Source: Macrostomum hystrix (taxonomy: Eukaryota; Animalia; Platyhelminthes). From it: a stretch of 64,000 bases of DNA. The stretch covers positions 17,236,001 to 17,300,000 of the forward strand of contig CATNEN010000038.1 of the NCBI GenBank assembly GCA_950097015.1, in the 5' to 3' direction. The notes under the pieces were generated by a model, which was given only the letters and a program-made list of their open reading frames with translations, was not told where the DNA came from and ran no database searches. The translations under genes were made by a program, and so were the position numbers. This document shows positions 20,466 through 33,372 of this stretch, in pieces; position 1 is the stretch's first letter, and every line of letters starts with the position of its first letter.

Positions 20466-23400
20466 ATGAAGACAATGAAAAATCCGCACTATCGAGAGGT
20501 TGAAAATCTGCTGCGCCTGGGCAGTCAGCGGCTTCGTCAAGAACAGCTGTCCGAGGCACTCGACTGCTTCCAGCGGGCCTACAGGCAGGCGATCAAACTC
20601 GCCGACGCGGCCGTGATTCGATCATGCGCATTCAACCTGGGCGCCTGCATGGTTACTATTGGCGAATATGAGCGAGCGGTTCGCTATTTACAGTTGGTCC
20701 TGCCATCGGATGCGGCGGAGAAACCTGTGCCCTACGTTGGCGACGTATATTTCAACATCGGCGTGGCCCAGGAGCGCCTCGAACAAGGCGACGCCGCGAA
20801 CGAAGCCTTTCGTCACGCCTACGTCCACTATAAGAAGAACGAGAAATATCAGCTACAGGTTGAGGTGGCCTTCAGGATTGCCAGGTAAAATTTTACTTAC
20901 CTGCGCATCATCACTTAATGGCTCTTTGTTCACATTTTCATCGTAAAAGCGATGCAAATTTCACAAAGTCTTCTCTACAAATGAAATTTGACCTCACTGC
21001 GAGTTCGGACTTCGGATTGGGGGTGAGGGTCGAAGCGGTCTAACGCGTTTGCCTCTCGCACCAGATCCCTAAGCTCGATTCCGCAGCGAGGCCTCATTCA
21101 TTTGCTTCAGCTTCGGATACAAGGCTTGGGGCTAGTCGTACAATTTACGCCCTTGAGGCTAACCTTCAAAGCACAGTGAAAGTTTACGCTGCCTGACGAT
21201 GAGAAAGCCAGGAAAGATGTACATACCTGTGTGAGTATGTGCTCAGGAGTCAGCGAAATGGGCAGAATTGTTACCAAATGATGCGCCAGTGCCAATAGCC
21301 CTCCTGAAACTCTCATTATTGAGAGCCTGATGCTCTAACACCCGCCAATCACCGCCCATTTCTTCCCTACCTATTGTGACACCTACATCCCAAACTGATT
21401 GGTTCCCAGGTACTCGGAATCGCAAGCCAACATTCAGGAGGCCAGAGCTTACTACCAGGCCGCGATGGAGGCCTGTCAAGGCGACCCCACCCTGACTGAG
21501 TGGCGACTTCGCAGCCTAGTGAAGTTCGCCTACTGCAGCTGCGTCCTGGGCGACTTCGGCCCGGCGGCCACCCTAGCCGAGAGTCTCTCCGAGGCGCACC
21601 TGATTCCCAGCAGTGATTGCCGGGTGGCCGTGCTGAACGAGATGGGCATAACCCTGATGTACGCCAACAAGTACGAGGCTGCGAGGGACTGCTTCCAGGC
21701 CGGCCTGCAGAGTGTTACGAGCGCTGCCGCAGTCAAGGCTAACGGCGAAGCCAGGCGAGATCCGTTATTCCAGCGAGCCGCCTTCCGGCAGAACATCGCC
21801 TCGGCGCTGACTGCGCTGAACAAATTCGAAGAGGCAATCGGCAACTATGAGGATGCGATGAAGCTGTTTGACGCTTCGGAGAATTCCAATAGCCTTGGAA
21901 AGGGTCATTGCTTTCTAAATGCGGCGCTGTGTCACGCCAGATTATCGGGGCTCGAACATCGGACCGCAGCCAATCAGCTCTATGAGAAGGCGCTGCAGTG
22001 CGCCAGGGAAGCAGGTGGGTTAGCGAGTTTGCTTGTTTGGTTGTTTCATCAGTTTTTGGGTTGGTTGCATGGCTCTCCCTGTTTTTGTTTGTTTGTTAGG
22101 TTGTTTGTTTGTTTGTTTGTTTGTTTATCTGTTGCAAGGGTTTTAGTCTTGTGGTTAGAGCGTCGAACTAACGACTTGAAGGTCAGGTGTTCGATTCCTG
22201 ACTCCACTGGAAAAATTTGTGTCCTTTACCAATATACTTAACTCTGCATTTCATCAGTTTACCCGGCTCTGAAACTGGTTCCAGCATCAGCTGCGGTAAC
22301 TGAGGGTGGGTGTGGCGTCCCCCCACCAGTCCATGGACTGAACAGCCGTACCCAGCCGCGCAGATGCGTCGCGTAATAGCTTCGGTCGGCTGCACATCTG
22401 GCCCGATTGGGGCAGGTGTAATTAAATAGTTTAATTATAATTGCTAATTTTTTCTTTGCTGATTGTTGATTAAAAAAAAGAGTCAGCTGATTAAAAGAAA
22501 CATATTTTTTTAACCCCTAACCGCACCGTAGAGGATCGCACGACACAATGGCAGGCTCTTGAAGCGATGGGCGCCATTGCCTACACCGACGGCGATGTCA
22601 ACGCCGCCGAGGAGAAGTTTTCGGCATCTCTGGCCCTGCTGACACAGTCAGACAGTGTCCACAGACAGCGAATCGAAGCCAAGCTGTTGCAAGCTCGTGC
22701 AGTGTCGGACAGGAGATCCGTAAGTCCTTTGGTGTTTTTATGACTAGAACCAGAAATTTCATAAAAACGTCTTTTAAAACTGCAGGCTCGAGCTTCGACT
22801 GGTCAAGGAACGCCGGAAAGAGTTCGGTTAGTAAAATATGACGCGATTTTTATTGGTTGCGACTTTTTATTCAGTTTCGGCCAGTTTTTTTAGAAACGTG
22901 TCATGCTAAAGAGCGCATGCTGCGAATTCTCATCATTTTATGCCTTTTTGAATATTCTTATTTGAGTCTTTGTTTCGAAGCATTTAGTGAAAAATCTTCA
23001 AAGTTTCTACTTTGGCAATAGGTTCAATTTTTGGATCATAAAATCAAGAACTCTTAATAATTATATTTGTTTGCAGGACGGCTGTGGTCACTGGCACATC
23101 ACATGTTAACACGTGACCGGCAGCCAGCGAGGTGGCAATTCTGCCCTTTTTGCTGACTCCTGAGCACACACGCACACATGTACATGCCCTGACTTTCTCA
23201 TCGTCAGGCAGTGTACACTCTCTGTGCCTTGGAGGTTGGCCCTCAAGGGCGTAAATTGCACGACAAGCCCCCAAGCCTTCTCTCCGCGGCTGCGCCACAA
23301 ATGAATGTGGCCTCGCCGCGGAATCGAGCTCAGGGACCTTGATGCGAGAGGCAAACGCTTTAGACCACTCTGCCACTGAACTGCCGAGTCAAAAATGAAA

Positions 23401-26400
23401 ATTTGCGCATTTTAGGCTTGTTTTGAAGATAATAACATCGTATGCTAACAGTAGACCCGCAGCCAGCGAGGTGGCAATTCTGCCGATTTCATATTTCGCT
23501 GAGGGTTATAGCCTAGCGGTTAGGGCGTCGGACTCACGACTTGAAGGTCGGAGGTTCGATTACCGACTCCACTGGAACAGTAGCCTATATGTGTCCTATA
23601 GCAAGACGCTTAATTCTGCCTTGCTTCAGTTCACCCAGCTGTTAAATGGGTACCAGCATTAGCTGGGATAATTGAGGGTGGGTGTGGCGTCCCCCCAGTC
23701 CATGGACTGGACAGCAATAGCTGCGGCTGTGCTGTCGGCTGCACATCTGGCCCAATTGGGGCAGGTGTAATCAATTATTATGAAATGATTAATGAAGATA
23801 ATAAAACACTGGCCGAGATTCATTATTCTATTAATATAAAAAACATATATTTTAAATTTTGAAAGGCCAACAGACATCAGTAAGCAGTTATTATTAGAAG
23901 ACATGGCTGCATCGATTGCTGCTGGAAACCTAAAATTGACCACATTGGAAGATTCATTCCTGTACGGCCCGCCGCATACTACTGCCCATGGTGCGAGTAG
24001 TATTGACAGTTTTGGCAGCGACAGCAATGACTTCAGCACTGCCACTGCCAAACTGCTGGCTGACCTAGAAGGGTACTTTTTCTAATTAGTCTAGTCGTAT
24101 TAGTTAGAAGTAGAAATTCCTTGCTTTTTAGAATTGGGAAAATTGTGAACAAATTTTTTTTACTCGTATTTTTCCTTGCAAAATAGTTTCATTTACTAAT
24201 TTAACTTTTAGCTTTTGACTCCCAGTACCTTTTGACGTCCTGTTAGACAGATGAGTTTAATGTTAGACAGATGAGTTTACTGTTAGACAGATGAGTTTAC
24301 TGTTAGACAGATGAGTTTACTGTTAGACAGATGAGTTTACTGTTAAACACATGAGTTTATTGGTAGACAGATAAGTTTACTGTTAGACAGATGAGTTTAC
24401 TGTTAGACAGATGAGTTTACTGTTAGACAGATGAGTTTACTGTTAGACAGATGAGTTTACTGTTAGACAGATGAGTTTACTGTTAGACAGATGAGTTTAC
24501 TGTTAAACAGATGAGTTCATTGGTAGACAGATAAGTTTACTGTTAGACAGGTGAGTTTACTGTTAGACAGATGAGTTTACTGTTAGACAGATGAGTTTAC
24601 TGTTAGACAGATGAGTTTACTGTTAGACAGATGAGTTTACTGTTAGACAGATGAGTTTAATGTTAGACAGATGAGTTTACTGTTAGACAGATGAGTTTAC
24701 TGTTAGACAGATGAGTTTACTGTTAGACAGATGAGTTTACTGCTAGACAGATGAGTTTACTGTTAGACAGATAAGTTTACTGTTAGACAGATAATTTTAC
24801 TGTTAGACAGATAAGTTTACTGTTAGACAGATAAGTTTACTGTTAGACAGATGAGTTTACTGTTAGACAGATAAGTTTACTGTTAGACAGATAATTTTAC
24901 TGTTAGACAGATAAGTTTACTGTTAGACAGATAAGTTTACTGTTAGACAGATAAGTTTACTGTTAGACAGATGAGTTTACTGTTAGACAGATGAGTTTAC
25001 TGTTAGAAAGATGAGTTTACTGTTAGACAGATGAGTTTACTGTTAGACAGATGAGTTTACTGTTAGACAGATAAGTTTACTGTTAGAAAGATGAGTTTAC
25101 TGTTAGACAGATGAGTTTACTGTTAGACAGATGAGTTTACTGTTAGACAGATAAGTTTACTGTTAGACAGGTGAGTTTACTGTTAGACAGATGAGTTTAC
25201 TGTTAGACAGATGAGTTTACTGTTAGACAGATGAGTTTACTGTTAGACAGATGAGTTTACTGTTAGACAGATAAGTTTACTGTTAGAAAGATGAGTTTAC
25301 TGTTAGACAGATGAGTTTACTGTTAGACAGATGAGTTTACTGTTAGAAAGAAAAGTTTACTGTTAGAAAGATGAGTTTACTGTTAGACAGATGAGTTTAC
25401 TGTTAGACAGATGAGTTTATTGGTAGACGGATAAGTTTTGGCTGATGAATTTTCTGTTATACTGAGAAGTTTCCTGTTGGACACCACAATAGTACTGTTA
25501 TCATTACCGTAGAAACTTTTCAGAATTTTTTGCTTTGCGAAAATTGCTTCCTAGAGTTAAGACTTCCATGTTTTTCAAGCTTCTGTTTTTATTATCAATG
25601 AAAATCTTCTGCTGCTTAAATCATCCACACCTCAACCTCAAATCAATCTTTTAAAGAGCTTCAGATCAATCAAATGAAAATCAGCAGCAGCAGCAGCAGC
25701 CGCCGCCGCCGCCGTTGCCGCCGCAGTCGCCAGGAAAGTCATCGCAGGGCACTCCACGCCGTGTTGTAGTCCATTCGGCAATGCAGTAAGTGCAGAATTA
25801 ACTGTCACTCTCACTTTGGGTTGTTTTATGTAGATCTGATCTGATTGGTCAATACACATCGTACTGTTGCTATTTTTAGAAAATCAAAGTCAACTTGTCA
25901 CAAGCTTTTCTAAAAATAGCAACACCCTAACCCTTCCTGACCAATCAAATCGAACGATAAATCCTAACCGCCCGCAAAAGTGCTCAGTTTATAGTCCCAC
26001 TTCCCCGGTGTAACTAACTACCGCAGTGAAGACGTTCACGGCTCCTACGAACTTGACAGCGGTGTCAATGGCAGCTTCGGGACGGCCGACGGTGCAGGCG
26101 CGCCCTCCTCGAGTCGGCAGGATTCCGAACAAAATAATCAGTGAGTCATCAAATCAATTGATCTCACTATTATCTCACAGCTATTAGTTCGGAGGCTTAC
26201 AAGGTCAGTTTATGGCACAGCCGCAACCATTGCGTACCCATCCAAAGTATGTGAACAGCTGTTTAGTCCAAGGACTGAAGGACTAACACAGCAGTATAAA
26301 ACTTCTACCTGATTAAATGCTGATTAACATATGCTTAACTAACTTAGCGTATGCCTGCGTACAGTATCTGTGTGCGTGTGTGCTCAGGAGTCAGCGAAAT

Positions 26401-27787
26401 GGGAAGAAATTGCCTCCTCGCTGGCTGCGGGTCACCAAATGATGTGCCATTGCCCGCAGCCCTCCTGCAATTATTATTAATTGACTGAACTCACGGCAGT
26501 TAAACTTTTGCAGTCAATCACCACCTGTCCCTGCGGCTAGCAACGCAGACGGTAATCAGAGTACTAGCAGTATTTACACTAGCAACAGCAGCAGCAGCAG
26601 CAGCAGTGAAAGAGCAATAAGCGGTCCCACACCTGTTGAAGTATCAAACATCGAACAGCAGCAGCAGCAGCAGCAGCTGACTCGCCGACCGAAATCGCCA
26701 AATCAGTCGGACGAGATGAGGCGGCCCTCGTTGACGATTGCTCCGCTCGAAGAGAATAAGGTGTGTTAATAATCAGATTACTAGACCTATATTTCTTACA
26801 GCCTTCACTGACTTATTTTTCGTCCTATCGGCCTAGGGTTTTCTACGTCTATTTTTAGAAACTAAAACCCAATCACGTGACTGACCTGACTCGAAAAAGT
26901 TTTAAAGGCGATTTCCGAGTCTCGCTTATTTTTATTCAACTATTTAAATGTGTCTTTAGACTACAAAGAGCTACTTAAGTGTACTTAACTGTCTTACGAA
27001 GGATAAAACAAATGACGAAGTAGAAATTAGAAAGTTATCTAGTTCTTCTAAACGAGTAACAACATGTGGCGGTGGTCCTAAATCTCGACGTTTTGTCAAA
27101 CTAGAGGATAAGACAATGAGACGAAAGACGTGCAATCGTAATTGGCATAACAATGAACAAGAATTTCTTATCAAATGACAGATCTAACTCGGCAAGGACC
27201 TAAAAATCTCTGGTCGTCTCAATCTCCTGGCATTTTACTCGTAGTAAAAACTTATACTTTCTAGGAAATCAACTTGTCGTGTCGTGTTTATTTCTTAGAA
27301 AGCCGTTTCAATTTTTGTTTAATTGAGGTCAATACTAAACATGATACAAATATTTAGAAATCAAATCTTTAACATTTCTAATCGGCTGCAACAGCAAGTT
27401 GCGTCTAAAGACGATGCACCTCCAGCAGCAGCAGCAGGAGCCAATGGTGAAGCTGCCGCCAGCTCCGGGAAGCGCAGAGGCTCGGACAGCTCGTGCAGTT
27501 CATGTAGCAGCTACACTTCATCATCCTACACCAGCTATGCCAGCTCGTCTAGTGCCAGCGTTCGCAATCTAGATGCACTGAGGAACACCAATGCCGGAGG
27601 TAAGTTGGCCCTTGCGAATCTCAAGTCACGATAAACATTTGTTTATTCGCTAATTTAAATAATCAGGCTATTGCGCCTAGTGGACGACTTAAAAGTTCAA
27701 AAGTTACAATAAAAAGACTGTATTGAAATGGTATAATCTGTAAAATTTTGATCCTCGTACATCTGCAGACAAGTCAAAATCTAATGG

Positions 27788-27820
<33 letters not shown>

Positions 27821-30392
27821 CTCAGGTTCAGCAGCTGGCGGAGTAGCCAACGGCGAGTCGGGAAATACCAGGCGAGAAATGTGAGTAATGTGAATGTGCA
27901 TTATTTACTTTTATGTTCTTTTAGTTGTTATCTTCTGGGCAATTTCATATCCATTTGATTTCATCATTCTATTATAAAATTACCTCTAACTCTTTTCAGC
28001 TCGGATGAAGGCCAAATCTAAAATGACATTTCTAAAATGTAATTATCACATTTTCACTTGTCACGTACATTCATGCTTCGATCGTCACAATAATTCGATG
28101 CCTGTATGATTTCGGAAATTCTTAAAAACTCTTTTCTAAAACACTTAAAATATTTAACAGAATAATGTTGCCGTGGTGATTAATGTTTCACAATCTGAAT
28201 TAACGCGTTACCTCACTTCCTAAACATGAAGTACTATTAGCATTCGGTTTTTTCTAATCGTCCTACTGCCAGTAGATGAGTTAGGATATGTTTAGCATTT
28301 TTTTGCGAAGAAGCTAATTCAGTATGCGTCATATGCATAATCTTCATTCCTCACTTCCCCACTTCATCTTTCTCGTCCCTCTGCCTTCCCCCGCGCCGGT
28401 GTAGAGTACTCTTTTCACCCTCTGCGCACCAGAATGCCGCACTGCCTCATCCGTCATACAAGGTACAGACTTATATGCGTAAGCAGCTAAAAGTACGTCT
28501 GGGGCCATTAAATATAAGCGACTGTGTCTGACAACCAGAGAGCAGCTTTTTTGAATTCTACAGTGAGGAAGAGAGGAAGAGAGCGATCTGATAAAGAGGG
28601 GAACACAGAGAGAGAGAGAGCGAGAGAGAGATAGGGAAGAGACGGAACGGAGGACGCACAGCAGCTGTGCGCTGGGACCATGAACCAGGATCAGGGACCA
28701 GGACCATAGGAATTAGGCGAAAGAACGCTCTACTGCATAACGATCTATATTCTGTGTTTAACAATGACTTACAAGCGCGGCGAGAATATTGGACAGTTAA
28801 AAAATGATCAAACTAATATCAAACTAAATGTCTGGCCCCGTGCATGGATGTATTATAATAGAGGATGTACAGTGAACTGTACAGACAACTCAGACTGCAA
28901 CTAGTCAAAAACATTGTCTGACTTGCATTTTGTGGTCAACTCATTATTATATGCATGCAGTTTGTATTATTAATTCATAAAACTAATTAACTAATGAATC
29001 ATGTGATATCAATGCTGGCGACAAGCTCAGAACTATTATAGGAAAGAAATAACAAAATTTATAGCAAAAAGTCTATTGGCATTGAGCCAAGTTTATCGCA
29101 TAACCAGTCGTGACTATGCAAAAACCGTTTGGGCTGCGTCTGACAGGTTTGGGTTGCGTCTGACAGGTTTGGGTTGCGTCTGACAGGTTTAGGCTGTGTC
29201 TGACAGGTTTAGGCTGTGTCTGACAGGTTTGGGCTGCGTCTGACAGGTTTGGGTTGCGTCTGACAGGTTTGGGCTGCGTCTGACAGGTTTGGGTTGCGTC
29301 TGACAGGTTTGGGTTGCGTCTGACAGGTTTGGGCTGCGTCTGACAGGTTTGGGTTGCGTCTGACAGGTTTGGGTTGCGTCTGACAGGTTTAGGCTGTGTC
29401 TGACAGGTTTGGGTTGCGTCTGACAGGTTTGGGCTGTGTCTGACAGGTTTGGGTTGCGTCTGACAGGTTTAGGCTGTGTCTGACAGGTTTGGGCTGTGTC
29501 TGACAGGTTTGGGTTGCGTCTGACAGGTTTGGGTTGCGTCTGACAGGTTTAGGCTGTGTCTGACAGGTTTGGGCTGTGTCTGACAGGTTTGGGTTGCGTC
29601 TGACAGGTTTGGGTTGCGTCTGACAGGTTTAGGCTGTGTCTGACAGGTTTGGGTTGCGTCTGACAGGTTTGGGTTGCGTCTGACAGGTTTAGGCTGTGTC
29701 TGACAGGTTTGGGTTGTGTCTGACAGGTTTGGGTTGCGTCTGACAGGTTTAGGCTGTGTCTGACAGGTTTGGGTTGTCTTTGTCAGGTTTGGATTGTCCT
29801 TGTCAGGTTTGGATTGTCTTTGGCAGGTTTGGATTGTCTTTGTCAGGTTTGGATTGTCTTTGTCAGGTTTGGATTGTCTTTGTCAGGTATGGATTGTCTT
29901 TGTCAGGTGTGGATTGTCTTTGTCAGGTTTGGATTGTCTCTGACAGGTTTGCGTAGTGTCTGACAGGTTTGGGTTGACAGTTTGTATTTGACAGGTTGGG
30001 ATTTTAAGGATGTGTTATAAAATCCTTAAAGACCGTAACACATTAACTCAACCAGGCATGTCTAACAAGATGCATATAAGTTGTTGCTTAATTGTGAAAT
30101 CTAATAGCTTTCAATTTGGTTGTCATTATATTCTGTGAAGTAATTTCGTCTCTCTTTCACCCTGAAACTCCGCAGTGAGCACATGCTCTACCTCAGACAC
30201 CTGCAAGAATTGGAGAAGCGTCAGCTAGAGCATCAGCGACTTATTGAGCTGCAGCAGCAGCAGAAACTGCAGCAACAGCAGCAAGCTCAGAAGCCGAGCA
30301 GTTCAAATCAAGAACAAAATTTTCAAAACTCAAGTCAACTAAAGGGCAATGCCAGTGGAACAGCCAAGTCTAGAACTTGTATAATTATGTAG
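20466..30392 (+). CDS. TTC24: TPR protein TTC24-like with C-terminal CaaX: join(20466..20884,21410..22014,22532..22719,22786..22826,23866..24072,25657..25785,26027..26140,26514..26760,27395..27599,27769..27880,30176..30392)
   Basis: EALDCFQRAY...RSCAFNLGA...GDVYFNIGVA and QWQALEAMGA...RQRIEAKL match TTC24; low-complexity C-terminal half; ends SRTCIIM*; 11 exons phase-consistent. Confidence 0.8.
21018..21320 (+). mobile_element. tRNA-derived SINE family A
   Basis: Head with B-box-like GCTCGATTCC, shared body and 3' hairpin region. Confidence 0.85.
22136..22440 (+). mobile_element. SINE family B (CORE-like)
   Basis: Homologous over its whole length to 14346-14670. Confidence 0.85.
23055..23385 (-). 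mobile_element. Full-length tRNA-derived SINE family A
   Basis: rc: A-box TGGCAGAGTGG, B-box GCTCGATTCC, body, 3' GC-rich hairpins, AT-rich tail; a short 3' fragment also lies at 23452-23490. Confidence 0.88.
23499..23785 (+). mobile_element. SINE family B (CORE-like)
   Basis: GTGTCCTATAGCAAGACGCTTAATTCTGCCTTGCTTCAGTTCACCCAGCTGTTAAATGGG after a tRNA-like head. Confidence 0.85.
24241..25440. repeat. 20-bp minisatellite (TGTTAGACAGATGAGTTTAC) in a TTC24 intron
   Basis: About 60 copies in exact 20-bp register. Confidence 0.97.
25833..25952. other. Degenerate palindromic element carrying two inverted CTAAAAATAGCAACA-N16-CCAATCA modules
   Basis: Arms TGATTGG-N16-TGTTGCTATTTTTAGAAAA and TTTTCTAAAAATAGCAACA-N16-CCAATCA around a 22-nt loop. 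Confidence 0.75.
26365..26480 (+). mobile_element. SINE family A, 3' fragment
   Basis: GTGTGCTCAGGAGTCAGCGAAATGGG...GCCTCCTCGCTGGCTGCGGG...CCCGCAGCC followed by a TTA tail. Confidence 0.8.
29127..29998. repeat. 20-bp minisatellite (TGACAGGTTTGGGTTGCGTC) grading into TGTCAGGTTTGGATTGTCTT
   Basis: About 43 copies in the last TTC24 intron. Confidence 0.95.
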
Positions 30393-33372
30393 GTCTAGTT
30401 TTACAGTTTCACAGAAAATTAACTTATTGGTTGAGTTTGAGAACTCCTATATATAATTATAAATTTGTTCGTATACTCAAGATGCAGATTTTCATTATTA
30501 TGTTTAGCCACATTCTTTTAATAGAGCAGAACTTTTTTGTCAATTTCCTTTTCAAGTACTTTTGCTGCCTCTTAATTCGAAGCGCTGTCTTTCGAGATAT
30601 AAAAAATGGAATCTCCTCATTGTTTAATGAGAAACAATTTTTCTTTTCAAACTTGCCAAGAAGTGATAACTGATCTTTAATGAAAAATCTTATACTCAGC
30701 GCTAAAGTTAAAGTACATCCGAATCATGCAGCTTATCTATATTACTCAGTTTTCTCCCTCGGCGTCCTTCTATTCAAGTTTACTCAACTATAACTTAATA
30801 ACATAATGCGTGCGTGCGTCAGTAGCTGGACAAACACACAAAGTCGCTTAGTAGCGCGTGACAGCTTGATAAGACTGCGCTTTTCTGCGCGGCGCTATTT
30901 TTAGCAGCCAATAAGATTCAAGGGTAAGGGGTCACGTGATGTTTCCATTTGGGAATTTATTTACCGCTTTCCTGTGATTCGTGAATGTGCCACTTTTTTC
31001 TGGTGTATATGTACTGATGATGTGCACGTGAGTTCTGAGCATTTTATTGATTTTTATAAACTATAGAGTTACAGGTTCATTCAATACGTATAGTCGTCTA
31101 AAAAAGTGAACTATTTTATATATTAAGTAATTAGTATTTGGGACTTTCGTAGAGTTTCAAATATATTCTGCTTGCTATGATGTCAGGTATCATTTAATTT
31201 ATAAGTGATCATTATTTTCTCTACAATAGAATTGCCTGACTTTATAAATGCCGCTAAAATACTGTATACGCGAGTGTTTGAAATAAAAAACATGGAACCA
31301 CGTGAACTTGACCGTGCCATAAAATACAACTAAAAACACAACATTCTTTTAACAAAAATCTACTTCTTTCATTCCTCTAAAAATGTTGCTTCAATACTTC
31401 CAAGCTTTAGAGGTAACAGTTGCAATTTATGACTCACATAACTACACACTGCTCGACAAATTAAGAGTAAATTCACAGATTCAAATCGACACTTGGCATA
31501 GCAGTTTAAGAAAAAGCTACGAGCCATTACATTTTTTACTTTTTAAAATCTTTTTACTGATAATTTTTTATAAAACCGATTTCTTATCCTTCGGCAAGGT
31601 CGGTTCCATGACTTGATGATTTGATGACTAATTAAAAAAGTTTAAAACTTCGCAGGAATAGATCGATTTTATCGCTTTAATTTCTAATTTTATTTTTTTC
31701 ATTAATGAACAAAAAAGCGAAATTTTAGGTTAAAGCTTTTTAAAGTAGTTTATTTTGTGACGATTCTTAAACAGCTTGTTCTCGAATTATTTTTATAAAG
31801 TGCAAACCGATTAACAAAAAGACACAAAAAAATTTGCGACGCCTTAGCTATAAGCTGAGACGCATAGAAACAACAAACAGACAGCAATAAGCTGATATAT
31901 CGACTTTTTTTTAGAGCAATATTAACCAGGATTAACACACGGGGACATGACGCTGAGCACAGAGAGTCAAGCGATGTGGCAGTAAAATAGAGAGAATAAC
32001 AACAGCTATAATTAAACTGGAAAAGCAGCACGCGGTGTAACACAGGAAAAATGTTTCTAGTAAAAGTCTGCTTAAAGTTTTTAAAATGGGTGCAAAAAGG
32101 CAACGCAACTTGAATTTTAAATAATTTGATTTTCTACAATGTTTTTTATGGCAATGCTGGATGATACACTAAATTAAAATAGTATAAATAAGGTGGCTTT
32201 TAAGAAAAAAAAGAAAATTAAATCGTAGGTAACATTATACATAACAAATAGCAGTTTAAGTAGTTTTTAGACAAGCAAGCAAATAAAAGTATAAGTGCTA
32301 TTTTTTAGAAAAATGTGAGTTGCATGTTTAATATGATTGCACAACGTATCTTTATCAATAACTTGTAAAAATACATGTCCTTTTATATTGCTAAATTAAC
32401 TGATCGAAATTCGATATAAATATTGTCACTGTTTATTGCCTTCAAATTTTCATTGGTTAAGCTCGGTCACGTGCCAGCTTGAGGTTGGGGTGGCTAACGA
32501 GGGGTACCCCAAAAGCATGTCTAAAAATAGCAACAACGTGGCCATGATTGGCCAATCAAAATTAGTCCGCCCCTTTCGACATTTTTTCTTTTATTTTTTG
32601 TGATCTACTTTAAGAAAATAAAAATGTAGTACTGCTTTGAAAGCAATCTCTTGAGTAAATCATTAAGTTTGTGATTTACAATGTGACGCAACAGAAAAAA
32701 GCTGTAAGAACAATAATAAATCGAGGGGGCTTTTAAATAGAAGAAATAATATCGACTATTAAAAACTAACAAATAGAATAAAATATTTAATCGCAAAATA
32801 TAACTGTGACCTTTGAAAGGTATAACAGGGAAATAAAAAACTGACACAGTATAAAAACAAAAGCGAAGTTTTTGAAATGAAAAAAACGAATTCTCATTTA
32901 AGCTGAGATTGCAGTGCAGCTTCCTGCTATAACTGGAATAAAATAGGTCCAAGCTTTAACAACGGATTCCGCCTTAGGTGTATACTATAACCTCGGCGAT
33001 ATAATATATATAAACGGCATAGCAGCTAAAGGATTCGATGGGAAAGACCAGCAGAGAAGCAAAGTGTTCTTTTTTCGCCTCACTGGCGATAAGGAAGATG
33101 CAAGAGATTTTTTAAGCGGCAAATTGGAGAACAACACTAGCTAGCTAACTGTCACGATTTATTGACCGGATTTGCGTGCGAAACTGATTAAAACTTAATT
33201 TCAATATTAAAAAAAAGTTGCAAGTGATTTTTTTTGCAATCATAACTGATAGACAATCGAAGTAAATGAGTTTTTATATAGATTTGAACCAAATTATTTG
33301 TCATGCGATTCATTCAACTGCAAAGAAGGTTATTAACAGGAAAATTCAATGATCCATTCTACTCTAACACGC

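Noticed and set aside
21190-21215. Hammerhead core CUGACGA...GAAA...GUC in SINE family A
   Set aside because: No stem II or III, and the stem I register does not pair; a simple hairpin explains the sequence better
26800-27310. Possible DNA transposon in a TTC24 intron (TATTTCTTA on both sides)
   Set aside because: No convincing TIRs could be aligned by eye
31730-32959. Kolobok-like TTAA|AGC...GCT|TTAA element and AT-rich ORFs 31383-32952
   Set aside because: TIR similarity extends only about 5 bp; the ORFs are low-complexity F/L/Y-rich noise
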